NCBI GenBank assembly: GCA_900321855.1
Contig: ONXS01000002.1
Location: forward strand, 5,177-69,176
Length of the DNA stretch: 64,000 bases
From: an uncultured Eubacteriales bacterium
GTDB taxonomy: Bacteria; Bacillota; Clostridia; Lachnospirales; Lachnospiraceae
Direction: 5' to 3'
The translations under genes were made by a program, and so were the position numbers. Numbering within the stretch: position 1 is the stretch's first letter; every line of letters begins with the position of its first letter. Shown here in pieces: positions 30,355 through 40,087 of this stretch. The notes beneath the pieces were generated by a model. It saw only the letters and a program-made list of their open reading frames with translations. It searched no databases and was not told the DNA's origin.

Positions 30355-31047
30355 ATGATTAAATGTGAACACTTGGTAAAGAAATATATTACCACAACAG
30401 CAATTGATGATTTATCGATTGAGATTAAGCCAGGCCATATTTATGCGTTGCTTGGACCAAACGGCAGCGGAAAATCGACACTGATGAAGATGATAGGAGG
30501 ACTTGCAAAGCCAAGTAAAGGTGTGATTACCTTAAATGGAGAGCCGCTTACCTATAAGGCAAAGGCACATATCGCATATATGCCAACGGAAGTTTTCTAT
30601 TTTGGATACATGAATTGCAAACAGGTTGGAAAGTATTATGCGGATTTCTTTTATGATTTTGATTATGAGAAATATATGAGACTTTTAAAAGAGATGAATC
30701 TCAATCCGGACCAGAAAGTAAAATCAATGTCAACAGGTATGGCAGCAAAGTTAAAAATTGCAGCAACACTTTCAAGAAACAGTGCAGTAATTATGTTAGA
30801 TGAGCCGCTTAATGGTATTGACATCATTGCAAGAGAAGTCATTATCAATACAATTATTAATAATATTTCCGATGAAACAGCAGTTGTGATGTCCAGCCAT
30901 TTGGTAGATGAACTTGAGAAAGTAATTGACCACGCAATTTTTATCAAAGACGGACAGTGTGTTCTTCAGGGAGATGCAGAGGAACTCAGAGAGTCGCAGG
31001 GAATGTCAATCGTAGATATGTATAAGAAGATTTACGCATATAGTTAG
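30355..31047 (+). CDS. ABC transporter ATP-binding protein (YtrB-like)
   Basis: GPNGSGKS, MSTG signature, LDEP, SSH. Confidence 0.93.
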   Translation: MIKCEHLVKKYITTTAIDDLSIEIKPGHIYALLGPNGSGKSTLMKMIGGLAKPSKGVITLNGEPLTYKAKAHIAYMPTEVFYFGYMNCKQVGKYYADFFYDFDYEKYMRLLKEMNLNPDQKVKSMSTGMAAKLKIAATLSRNSAVIMLDEPLNGIDIIAREVIINTIINNISDETAVVMSSHLVDELEKVIDHAIFIKDGQCVLQGDAEELRESQGMSIVDMYKKIYAYS

Positions 31048-31059
31048 GAGGAATGAATT

Positions 31060-31827
31060 ATGTTTAAAATGTTAAAATATGAGTACCGCCGTGGAATCTT
31101 TTCATTATTTGTAATATTTGCAGCATTTTTGGTGGAGGAGGCATTTTTTCTCTGGGCAACATACTCTCATGAAGAGAATTATATAGGATTGTCTATGGGG
31201 TTGTATTTTATGCTTTCATTCGCATGCTATGTGTTTGTACTAATCAGAGGAGTATATATCTTCAATCATGATTTGAAGAACAAGGATGGTTATATGGTAT
31301 TTATGACACCGATTTCAAGTTATCAAATTGTCGGTGCAAAGTTACTCTGTACTTTACTTACAGGAGTTACGCTATTAGTTATGATTGTGGGATTTGCAAT
31401 TGCAAATTTCCAAATTTTACTCACAGAATATAATTTAAAGAGCATCCTCGATATGCTCAAGCAGATGATAGAGGTTAGCGGAACAGAAGGAATCAAGAAT
31501 GCATTACTTGAGATACTTTCGCTGCTGATAGTATTTTTAATCAGTTTCTTTTTGATGATTACAGTTGCATATTTTTCAACAGCACTCAGTGCAACTTTAT
31601 TACAGAATAAAAAAGGAAAGACACTAATTAGTATTTTAATATTTATTATGATTTATGCAATTATTATATTTGTGGCAGATAAGATTTCTGATTTGAACAG
31701 CAATCAGATACAGGTTGCGAGTGATATATTATTCAAGAACTTACCACTTTTGGGCTTTTATCTGGTATCTACTATTGTTGCTTATATTGGAACATCAGAA
31801 TTGCTTGACAAGAAGATAAGTTTGTAA
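31060..31827 (+). CDS. ABC transporter permease
   Basis: About six TM segments; GYMVFMTPIS..IVGAKL motif; operon context. Confidence 0.8.
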   Translation: MFKMLKYEYRRGIFSLFVIFAAFLVEEAFFLWATYSHEENYIGLSMGLYFMLSFACYVFVLIRGVYIFNHDLKNKDGYMVFMTPISSYQIVGAKLLCTLLTGVTLLVMIVGFAIANFQILLTEYNLKSILDMLKQMIEVSGTEGIKNALLEILSLLIVFLISFFLMITVAYFSTALSATLLQNKKGKTLISILIFIMIYAIIIFVADKISDLNSNQIQVASDILFKNLPLLGFYLVSTIVAYIGTSELLDKKISL

Positions 31828-31851
31828 AATATGAGGTCACGCCTCCAAATG

Positions 31852-31889
31852 AAATGCCCAGTCTCTAGAAAAAAGAGACTGGGCATTTT
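31852..31889 (+). terminator. Intrinsic terminator
   Basis: AAATGCCCAGTCTCT...AGAGACTGGGCATTTT. Confidence 0.85.
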
Positions 31890-31969
31890 GCATAAAAAAT
31901 ATTGAGAAATGAAAGGCTGTATAGTAAAATATACTATATAGAATAGTCTGTAAAATATGAAATGGAGGA

Positions 31970-33379
31970 ATGATTATGGATAAGAATATCACGAAAAAAA
32001 TATGGTCTATATTTTTGGTATTTGCAATGATTTTCGGTCTGGGTACAGGTTTTGTAAGTAATCAGACGATAGCAAACGCAAGTCAGACGGGAGTTACTTA
32101 TACAACTCATGTGCAGAAAAAAGGCTGGATGAGTTGGGTGCAGGATGGGGCGATGAGCGGAACAAGTGGTCAGTCACTGAGACTGGAGGCTTTTAAGCTG
32201 AAGTTAAAAAATGCTGAGTATGAAGGAGATATTGAGTACAGAGCTTTTTGTCAGACTTATGGCTGGCTGAGCTGGAAGAAAAACGGAGAGTTGGCTGGAA
32301 CCAGTGGTGAGGGGAAACGAATGGAGTCCATTCAGATTCGCCTGACAGGAGAAATTGCACAACGCTATGATATTTATTACAGAGTTCATGCGCAGTCTTA
32401 TGGCTGGCTGGGCTGGGCAAAAAATGGTGAAAGAGCAGGTACTTCAGATTATGCCAAGAGATTAGAGGCAATCGAGGTAGAACTGATGCCAAAAGATGTT
32501 TATGTACAAAATTATGGAGTAAAATCTTATATCTATCCTCGCATACAGTATAGAACTCATGTACAGAAAATTGGATGGCAGAATTATGTCAAAGAGGGAG
32601 AAACAAGTGGAACCAGTGGTCAGGCAAAAAGGCTGGAAGGTATCAACATTGCATTGACACATCAGCAGTATACAGGAGATATTACTTATCGAACTCATGT
32701 ACAGACTTATGGCTGGCAGGGTTGGAAATCAAATGGAGCAATGAGTGGAACCAGTGGTCAGGCAAAGAGATTAGAGGCAATTGAGATAAAACTTACTGGT
32801 GAGATGGAAAAGCATTATGACATTTACTATCGTGTCCATGCACAGAAATTTGGCTGGATGGGCTGGGCAAAGAACGGAGAATCGGCAGGTACAGCAGGCT
32901 ATGGTTATCGTTTAGAGGCAATCCAGATTCAACTTGTAGATAAGGGAGATTATGCACCGGGAAGTACAATTAATGCCTTTGATGATGGAAGTATTTATAA
33001 CAGAATTCCAAATGGTGCCTATGTAAAAGAAGTAATTCGGCTGGTAAATATTGAGCGACAAAGATATGGACTTTCGGCTGTATCTACGACAGAACAGTTA
33101 TCAAAAGCAGCTGATGTGAGAGCTCATGAGATTATCAATACATTTGCTCACACAAGACCAGACGGAAGTGATTGTTTTACAATATTGAGTCAATATGGCA
33201 TTTTTTATATGGCAGCAGGCGAAAATATAGCTTGGGGATATAGAAGTCCACAGGCAGTTGTAGATGGCTGGATGAATTCACCTGGTCACAGAGCAAATAT
33301 TCTCAATGAAGATTTTCATCGGATGGGAGTTGGAGTTGTACCAAGCCAATGGACTTGGGTACAGGTATTTACCGATTAA
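31970..33379 (+). CDS. Secreted protein with clostridial hydrophobic W (ChW) repeats and C-terminal CAP/SCP domain
   Basis: Six HVQ..GW..W...G..SGTSG..KRLEAI repeats; GENIAWG...WMNSPGHRANIL. Confidence 0.88.
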   Translation: MIMDKNITKKIWSIFLVFAMIFGLGTGFVSNQTIANASQTGVTYTTHVQKKGWMSWVQDGAMSGTSGQSLRLEAFKLKLKNAEYEGDIEYRAFCQTYGWLSWKKNGELAGTSGEGKRMESIQIRLTGEIAQRYDIYYRVHAQSYGWLGWAKNGERAGTSDYAKRLEAIEVELMPKDVYVQNYGVKSYIYPRIQYRTHVQKIGWQNYVKEGETSGTSGQAKRLEGINIALTHQQYTGDITYRTHVQTYGWQGWKSNGAMSGTSGQAKRLEAIEIKLTGEMEKHYDIYYRVHAQKFGWMGWAKNGESAGTAGYGYRLEAIQIQLVDKGDYAPGSTINAFDDGSIYNRIPNGAYVKEVIRLVNIERQRYGLSAVSTTEQLSKAADVRAHEIINTFAHTRPDGSDCFTILSQYGIFYMAAGENIAWGYRSPQAVVDGWMNSPGHRANILNEDFHRMGVGVVPSQWTWVQVFTD

Positions 33380-33528
33380 TGGTCGAATCGTGTAATATTA
33401 TGACTTGCACATGCCTTCAAATTAAACTATAATAATATGGAATAGGCGCTCAGAAAATATGTGCAGGACAATGATTAGATGCAAAACTGTGCGAATTTTT
33501 TGGCGAGACTTGAAATTTGGAGGAAAAA

Positions 33529-34785
33529 ATGGAAACGAAAGTTACTGTTAGAGAAATCGTAATCTCAGTTCTGATGATGATTTCATATATTGTGTCAGGA
33601 GTGGGAATTATAAAAGATATGCAGGGAATGGCATTGATTGCATTGATTTTTTCAGGATTATTTTCTGTATGGATGCTTTATGAAGTGGCAATGGATACAG
33701 AAAAAACGATTGGAGAAGTACAGCAGAATGTAAGGACGCTTGAGATTCCCGACAGACCAATTGAAAAGATTGACAGAGTCATTCGAAAGAAAAAAGAGAC
33801 GCCAGAGGACAAGGGAAATGTTTATATTCAGACTCGTCTTTCAGATTATGATAATATTGATTTTGAAATTAATGATGAGGGAATTACGACAAGTGTTGTA
33901 CAGGATTTCCGCCAAGTAAAGGCAAAAGAAGAGCAGCATGTAACAATTGCCACAGCGAAACAACAGGCAAGAGAGGCTGCAAAACAGACCGAAGAGGCGG
34001 CAAAAAAGGCAAAAGCAAATGTGATTCAGGCCTCAAATATCGAGAAGATTACAGAGGCTGTACAGAAACGACAGGAGCAGGAAAAGGCAGCCCAAGAGCA
34101 CAAAAAAGGTTCTAAGAATCGTCAGAAAAATAAATCTAAGAAACAGAATAATATGCAGAAAATCACACAGAGTTCAAGTCGTGTGAGAGCGGATAAGCCA
34201 GAAGATACGATGGAAACAGAGATGGTATCAGAAACGATAACAGAGTCAGTCCCACAGATGCCTTCAGAAAAGGAAATGCAGGCAGCAGAAGTAATTACAG
34301 ACACACCAGTTGTAGAGACAGCTTTGGAATCCGATATTCCTGAAATACCGGAGCAGACTCAAGCACCGGAGCAGGGTGAGACATCACAGCAGGCTCAGGT
34401 ATCACAGCAGGCTGAAACACAAATGCAGACTCCTGTATCAGAGCAGGTCGAGAAACCGGCAGTGCAGGAACGTAAAAAACAGTCTGGAAAAAAAGCAAGA
34501 CGAGGAAAGAAACAAAATAATAAAAATACTGGCACAACAGCTAAAAAAGAGGAGCAGCCGGAAAATAAAACAGAGAAAAAAGCAGCAGCTCCAAAGAAAC
34601 CGCGCAAAAAACAAAAATTTGTTCCTGATTTCCAGCCGGAAGTTTACTCAGATTTTGAGAAAAACTATGCCACAGACGGAGATGATTCGTATCTGTATGA
34701 TGGAATTGTCGGTGAAGAAGGCGTGGGAAATATGAGAGTTTATAAGCGTGGGGAAGAAATACAATACCACAGTGATGAAGATTAA
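33529..34785 (+). CDS. Hypothetical protein, two N-terminal TMs and long low-complexity charged tail
   Basis: Long ORF with GGAGG RBS; K/E/Q/T-rich. Confidence 0.7.
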   Translation: METKVTVREIVISVLMMISYIVSGVGIIKDMQGMALIALIFSGLFSVWMLYEVAMDTEKTIGEVQQNVRTLEIPDRPIEKIDRVIRKKKETPEDKGNVYIQTRLSDYDNIDFEINDEGITTSVVQDFRQVKAKEEQHVTIATAKQQAREAAKQTEEAAKKAKANVIQASNIEKITEAVQKRQEQEKAAQEHKKGSKNRQKNKSKKQNNMQKITQSSSRVRADKPEDTMETEMVSETITESVPQMPSEKEMQAAEVITDTPVVETALESDIPEIPEQTQAPEQGETSQQAQVSQQAETQMQTPVSEQVEKPAVQERKKQSGKKARRGKKQNNKNTGTTAKKEEQPENKTEKKAAAPKKPRKKQKFVPDFQPEVYSDFEKNYATDGDDSYLYDGIVGEEGVGNMRVYKRGEEIQYHSDED

Positions 34786-34792
34786 TACAGAT

Positions 34793-34827
34793 ATGAGCAG
34801 TAGTGAACAACTACTGCTCATTTTTTT
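34793..34827 (+). terminator. Intrinsic terminator
   Basis: ATGAGCAGTAGT-GAACA-ACTACTGCTCATTTTTTT. Confidence 0.85.
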
Positions 34828-34934
34828 GCACAAACTCAACTGACAGAGTAGTTGTGCCTATACAAAATTTTACTTGCTGTTCTAAATTAAAAATTTCCGC
34901 ATATATTATTATAAGCATATATGAGAGGCAGCAT

Positions 34935-35342
34935 ATGAATACATATTTAAAGCTTTGCGTGTGCATCTTGTGTGTTTGTCTGACGTCATGTTCTTTTAAG
35001 ACAAAGGACGAAAAGAAGATAAAGGACTTAGATTTTGAAGTGATAGAGCAGGAAAATATTCCAGAAGAATTAAAGAAGATGATTGATGAGAGAAAAGGAG
35101 ATGAATTTGATACAACATTTGAAGAAAATGAAGATTTGTATATTGTAAAAGGATATGGAAAAGTCAGTACGGGAGGTTATAGTGTCTGTGTCAAAGAATT
35201 GTATGAGGGAGAAAAGAACACCTATGTAAAATTTTGCCTGATTGGACCGTCAAAAGAAGAGAAAGTAATTCAAAAGCAAGATACGCCATATATCGTGATA
35301 AAATTAAAGAAGGTGGCAAAACCAGTAAAATATAAAGATTAA
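34935..35342 (+). CDS. PrcB C-terminal-domain lipoprotein
   Basis: Lipobox LTSC; YG..STGGYSV.V...PYIVIK motif; start moved to ATG 34935. Confidence 0.75.
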   Translation: MNTYLKLCVCILCVCLTSCSFKTKDEKKIKDLDFEVIEQENIPEELKKMIDERKGDEFDTTFEENEDLYIVKGYGKVSTGGYSVCVKELYEGEKNTYVKFCLIGPSKEEKVIQKQDTPYIVIKLKKVAKPVKYKD

Positions 35343-35357
35343 ATAGGGAGAGGGAAA

Positions 35358-36917
35358 ATGGAATTAGTAAAAAAGAGTATTCACATGAATCATATAAGAG
35401 GAAAAATTATTAGTCAGATTACGTTGGATGATGATGTGATTGTACCAGATAAATTGCCAGACATCGGTTCAAAAATAACGCAAAATGGAAATCTCAGTAT
35501 AGATACTGTCAAAGTGTCACAAAATAAGATTAACGTCAAAGGAAAATTGGAATTTAAACTGATGTATAAGGCAGCAGAAGAAAAAGAAGAGGGGATTTTT
35601 GTACAGAAATTAGATGGAGATATTGCATTTGATGAAATTATTCATATGGATGGTCTGGAAGAGGGAGACAGTGTGACGGTTGATCTCACGGTGGAAGACT
35701 TGAATATCACGGTCATTAATTCGCGCAAAATCAGTGTAAAGGCTCTAGTTATGGTGACAGCCATTGCAGAAAATATCAGCGATGAAAATTTCAGTACCGA
35801 TATTGAGGATGAGGATACCATGTACATAAAAGATACCGTGGAGCTTACTCAGATTGCGGTAAAGAAAAAGGATATGCTCCGCGTGAAAGAGGACATCAAT
35901 CTGATGACAGGAAAGCTGAATGTCAATGAAATTATCTGGAGTTCCCAGCACCTCACAAATAGCAATATAAAACTTTTGGAAAATAAAATTGATATTAGTG
36001 GAGAGATTTCTGTCTTTGTACTGTATTCTTCCGAGGAAGGTCCGTTACAGTGGACAAATGCCACAGTGCCATTTCATGGGGAACTGATTGTGGATGGATG
36101 CAGAGAGGATATGATTCCAAATATTACACTCAAAATGAATACCTGTCAGATTGACGCAAAACCAGATTATGATGGAGAGCCGAGAGTTTTGGCGATGGAT
36201 GGAAGTCTGAATGTCGATATTAAACTCTATGAGGAACAGCGATTTGATATTGTAAAAGACGCATATTCCAGAAAAAAAGAGCTGATTCTCCAGACTGTTC
36301 CAACAGAATATGAGAACATTCTGATGAAAAATATTGTCAAATGCAGAGTGAGTGAGAAAATCAGGCAGGAAAGTAAACTCGATGACACACATGTCATGCA
36401 GATTTGTACCTGTACCGGTGATGTGAAAATTGATGAGACAGAGATTACCGATGACGGAATTGATGTCGATGGAGCTATAGATATTACGTTGTTATATATT
36501 TGTTCGGATGATTCTAATCCACTGTGTTGTATCAATCAGAGTATTCCTTTTTCACAGAAAATAGATGTCAAAGGCCTCAATGAAAACAGTCTTTACACCA
36601 TTAAGGCAATACCGGAGCAGATTAGTACGAATATGTCTGGAACGGATGAAATTGAGGTCAAGGCGACCATTGATTTAGACTGTATTGCTTTTGATAAGAT
36701 GACAAAAAATGTGGTAAAATCGATTGAAGAGAAAGAACTTGATATGGATGCCATTGGAAAAATGCCGGGCATTGTCGCCTATGTGTGCAAAGAGGGAGAT
36801 ACCATGTGGTCTGTTGCGAAGAAGTTTTATACGACAGTAGAATGTATTCGTGATATTAATGATATTAAAGGAGAGCTTGTCAAAGACCAGATGGTTCTTG
36901 TTGTGAAAAAAATGTAA
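35358..36917 (+). CDS. SPOCS (DUF3794) repeat + LysM spore coat morphogenetic protein, SipL-like
   Basis: DVIVPDKLPDI start, three repeated beta domains, C-terminal KEGDTMWSVAKKFYTT LysM; position before ispE. Confidence 0.85.
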   Translation: MELVKKSIHMNHIRGKIISQITLDDDVIVPDKLPDIGSKITQNGNLSIDTVKVSQNKINVKGKLEFKLMYKAAEEKEEGIFVQKLDGDIAFDEIIHMDGLEEGDSVTVDLTVEDLNITVINSRKISVKALVMVTAIAENISDENFSTDIEDEDTMYIKDTVELTQIAVKKKDMLRVKEDINLMTGKLNVNEIIWSSQHLTNSNIKLLENKIDISGEISVFVLYSSEEGPLQWTNATVPFHGELIVDGCREDMIPNITLKMNTCQIDAKPDYDGEPRVLAMDGSLNVDIKLYEEQRFDIVKDAYSRKKELILQTVPTEYENILMKNIVKCRVSEKIRQESKLDDTHVMQICTCTGDVKIDETEITDDGIDVDGAIDITLLYICSDDSNPLCCINQSIPFSQKIDVKGLNENSLYTIKAIPEQISTNMSGTDEIEVKATIDLDCIAFDKMTKNVVKSIEEKELDMDAIGKMPGIVAYVCKEGDTMWSVAKKFYTTVECIRDINDIKGELVKDQMVLVVKKM

Positions 36918-37013
36918 GATTCTTGTATTTTTGGCATATTTAATGTAAAATAAAACTATTCACAGCCATTCAGAATCAGGTCTGATTCTAAATAGCTACA
37001 AAGGAGAAATTTT

Positions 37014-37898
37014 ATGGGTAGAGATAAAATGTATGTGAAGGCATATGGAAAAGTAAATTTAGGCTTAGATGTTCTGAGAAGAAGAGAAGATGGCTATCAT
37101 GAAGTTAAGATGATTATGCAGACAGTCAGCATTTATGATGGGCTGGATTTTGAGAAGACAGATTCGGGAAAGATTGAAATTGAGAGCAATGTTTTCTTTG
37201 TTCCGACAGACGAGAGCAATTTGATTTATAAAGCGGCAAAGTTATTATTTGATGAATATGGAATTGCGAGTGGATTGAAGATAACACTCAAAAAGTTTAT
37301 TCCGGTTTCTGCGGGAATGGCTGGCGGAAGTACAGATGCAGCAGCCACACTTTTTGCTGTTAACAGGATGTTTGATTTGAAACTCAGCCTGAAACAATTA
37401 ATGGAATATGGAGTGAAACTTGGCGCAGACATTCCGTACTGCCTGATGAGAGGAACGGCACTCTCTGAGGGAATTGGAGAGAAACTCACAAGACTGCCAA
37501 ATATGGTGCAGTGTCCGGTTTTGATTGCAAAGCCGCCGGTGAATGTGTCCACAAAATTTGTGTACGAAAATCTGCATATTGAACAGGTGAAAGCTCATCC
37601 GGATATTGATGGTATGATTGAGGCGATTAAGGAACAGGATATTGATAAGATAGCAGCGAAGATGGGGAATGTATTAGAGAATGTAACGGTAAAGGAGTAT
37701 CCACAGATTCAGGAGTTAAAACAGATGATGATGGATACTGGTGCAATCAATGCCATGATGTCGGGCAGCGGACCAACAGTTTTTGGATTATATCGTACAG
37801 AAGAAGAGGCATACAAGGCAAAAGAGATTGTAAAAGAGTCTGGAATTGCCAGACAGGTATATGTGACCGATATGTTTCTTTCAGGTGACAACAGATAA
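37014..37898 (+). CDS. ispE: 4-diphosphocytidyl-2-C-methyl-D-erythritol kinase
   Basis: KVNLGLDVLRRREDGYHE, PVSAGMAGGSTDAAA, MSGSGPTVF. Confidence 0.96.
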   Translation: MGRDKMYVKAYGKVNLGLDVLRRREDGYHEVKMIMQTVSIYDGLDFEKTDSGKIEIESNVFFVPTDESNLIYKAAKLLFDEYGIASGLKITLKKFIPVSAGMAGGSTDAAATLFAVNRMFDLKLSLKQLMEYGVKLGADIPYCLMRGTALSEGIGEKLTRLPNMVQCPVLIAKPPVNVSTKFVYENLHIEQVKAHPDIDGMIEAIKEQDIDKIAAKMGNVLENVTVKEYPQIQELKQMMMDTGAINAMMSGSGPTVFGLYRTEEEAYKAKEIVKESGIARQVYVTDMFLSGDNR

Positions 37899-37912
37899 AG
37901 GAAGGTGTTTGA

Positions 37913-38581
37913 ATGAAAGAATTAAGTATGATTGTTGATAATTATCTTCCACTTCGAGACTTGGTGTTTATTACGCTCAGAGAAGCTATTTTACAGGGAA
38001 AATTAGAACCGGGAGAACGTTTGATGGAAATTGCGCTCGCAGAACAGCTTGGAGTGTCGAGAACTCCTATTCGAGAGGCAATTCGCAAGCTGGAACTGGA
38101 AGGTCTGGTGACCAACATTCCGAGAAAAGGAGCAATGGTTGCAGAGATTACGCTCAAAGATTTGAGAGATGTTCTGGAAGTGAGAAGAAATCTTGAAAAC
38201 CTTGCCGTAAAACTGGCCTGTGAAAAAGCAACACCGGAAGATATTGCAGAGTTGAAACAGCTACATCTGAACTTTAAAGACACAGTGGATAAAGGACATC
38301 TGACGGCAGTGACAGAGGCGGATGTGAAATTTCATGATAAGATTTATCAGATTACAGATAACAAGCGCCTGATACAGATTTTGAATAATTTAAGAGAGCA
38401 GATGTATCGTTATCGTTTCGAGTACATCAAAGATGAAATCAATCGAGGAGTTCTGATTGATGAGCATGCGATGATTATTGAGGCGATTGAGAACAAAGAT
38501 GTGGAAAAGGCGAAGAAGTACAGTGAACTTCATATAGACAACCAAGAAAAGACAATTGAGGCGAAAATAATTACAAAATAA
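37913..38581 (+). CDS. GntR-family regulator with FCD domain
   Basis: LAEQLGVSRTPIREAIRKLELEG; D..FH, EH..I motifs. Confidence 0.92.
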   Translation: MKELSMIVDNYLPLRDLVFITLREAILQGKLEPGERLMEIALAEQLGVSRTPIREAIRKLELEGLVTNIPRKGAMVAEITLKDLRDVLEVRRNLENLAVKLACEKATPEDIAELKQLHLNFKDTVDKGHLTAVTEADVKFHDKIYQITDNKRLIQILNNLREQMYRYRFEYIKDEINRGVLIDEHAMIIEAIENKDVEKAKKYSELHIDNQEKTIEAKIITK

Positions 38582-38629
38582 GAATAAAAAAGTAATGATT
38601 GCACACCCTAACCTACAGGAGGGTGTGCA

Positions 38630-40087
38630 ATGTTTTTATCTGGAACATATTTGGAGACAATTCATCAATTAGACAATCTGGTAAAAGACTGTATGGATAT
38701 ACAGAGTATTGATGCCAGTCCTTTACTTTTAGAAAATAAATTTTTAAACAGCAATAAGGGCAAAATGTACTTTATTACGGAGACAACAGGAGTAATCACG
38801 CTAAAGGAAATTATTCTGGGATTTACCGATGTGGAGCCGATTGACAGTTTTGAGAATATAGAAGGAGTTCTGATGAGCGGCAATGCAGTGCTGGTATTAG
38901 AAACTTCAGAAGAGCAGACAGTGGGGCAAAGACAGTGTCGAGCCTTGAAAGTGAAAGCAAATGGCTATCCGGGACTCAGCATTGGAGAGGCAAAAGATGA
39001 ACAGGTATTAAGGGGGTCTAGTGAAGGCTTTTCTGAATCTTACAAAACAAATGAGGTGCTCATACGAAAGAGGATTCGAAGTTATGAGCTGAAAATCTGG
39101 GAGACAAATGTAGGCGTTCGCTCAAAAACTGGTCTTGCGCTTGTCTATATGGATTCGATTGTAAGAAAAGAGGTCTTGCAGGATATTCAGAAACGGCTCG
39201 AACAATTTCAGATTGATGGTGTGACAGACAGTGGAATGATAGAGCAGCTCACAGACAATGAGGTGTGGTCACCATTTCCAAAATATATGACGACCACACG
39301 ACCAGACAGAGCGGCACAGTTTTTGCTAAATGGTCAGATTATCGTGCTGTTAGATAATTCACCCGTTGCTCTTGTACTTCCAGTCAACGCATGGACATTT
39401 TTAAAGACAGCAGATGACTATTACGAGAAATATGCGGTGGCTACATTTAATCGTATTTTGCGCATGATAGCTGTGTTTTTTTCTGTGTCACTTCCGGCAT
39501 TGTATGTTGCAATTGTAAATTTTCATCCGGAGATTCTTCCATCAAGTCTGGTCAATGTATTTATCAAAGGACGGCAGGAAATTCCGTATCCGGTTTTCAT
39601 TGAAGTGATGTTGATGGAAATATCATTTGAACTGATACGAGAAGCGGGAGTCAGAGTACCCGGAACAATGGGAAATGCAATGGGACTGGTGGGAGGTTTG
39701 ATTGTAGGACAGGCAGTTGTAGAGGCAAATCTTGCCAGTCCGATTATTGTTGTGATTACAGCGATTACGGCGATGTGTTCCTTTGCAGTTCCCAATATTG
39801 AGTTTGCCTCAGCACTTCGTCTGGTAAAATATTTTCTGATTATCATGTCGGAGATATTTGGAATTTTCGGATATTTGACAGGAATTTTACTAATTTTTAT
39901 AAATTTGAGCAAGATTGACAGTTTTGGATTTCCTTATCTCGGACCGCTGGCAGCAGAAGAATTGAATGAGGAAGAGGTTAAAAAAGATTTTATTTTTCGT
40001 GCACCATTTAAGTATCTGACAAAGAGAACTACATTTGGAAATCCGGAAAACAGGCAAAAACTTCGATTTGGGGAGGACAAAAAATGA
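38630..40087 (+). CDS. Spore germination receptor subunit A (GerA/GerKA family)
   Basis: RGSSEGFSE, SPFP...RPDR, ELIREAGVRVP, VGGLIVGQAVVEANLASP. Confidence 0.92.
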   Translation: MFLSGTYLETIHQLDNLVKDCMDIQSIDASPLLLENKFLNSNKGKMYFITETTGVITLKEIILGFTDVEPIDSFENIEGVLMSGNAVLVLETSEEQTVGQRQCRALKVKANGYPGLSIGEAKDEQVLRGSSEGFSESYKTNEVLIRKRIRSYELKIWETNVGVRSKTGLALVYMDSIVRKEVLQDIQKRLEQFQIDGVTDSGMIEQLTDNEVWSPFPKYMTTTRPDRAAQFLLNGQIIVLLDNSPVALVLPVNAWTFLKTADDYYEKYAVATFNRILRMIAVFFSVSLPALYVAIVNFHPEILPSSLVNVFIKGRQEIPYPVFIEVMLMEISFELIREAGVRVPGTMGNAMGLVGGLIVGQAVVEANLASPIIVVITAITAMCSFAVPNIEFASALRLVKYFLIIMSEIFGIFGYLTGILLIFINLSKIDSFGFPYLGPLAAEELNEEEVKKDFIFRAPFKYLTKRTTFGNPENRQKLRFGEDKK

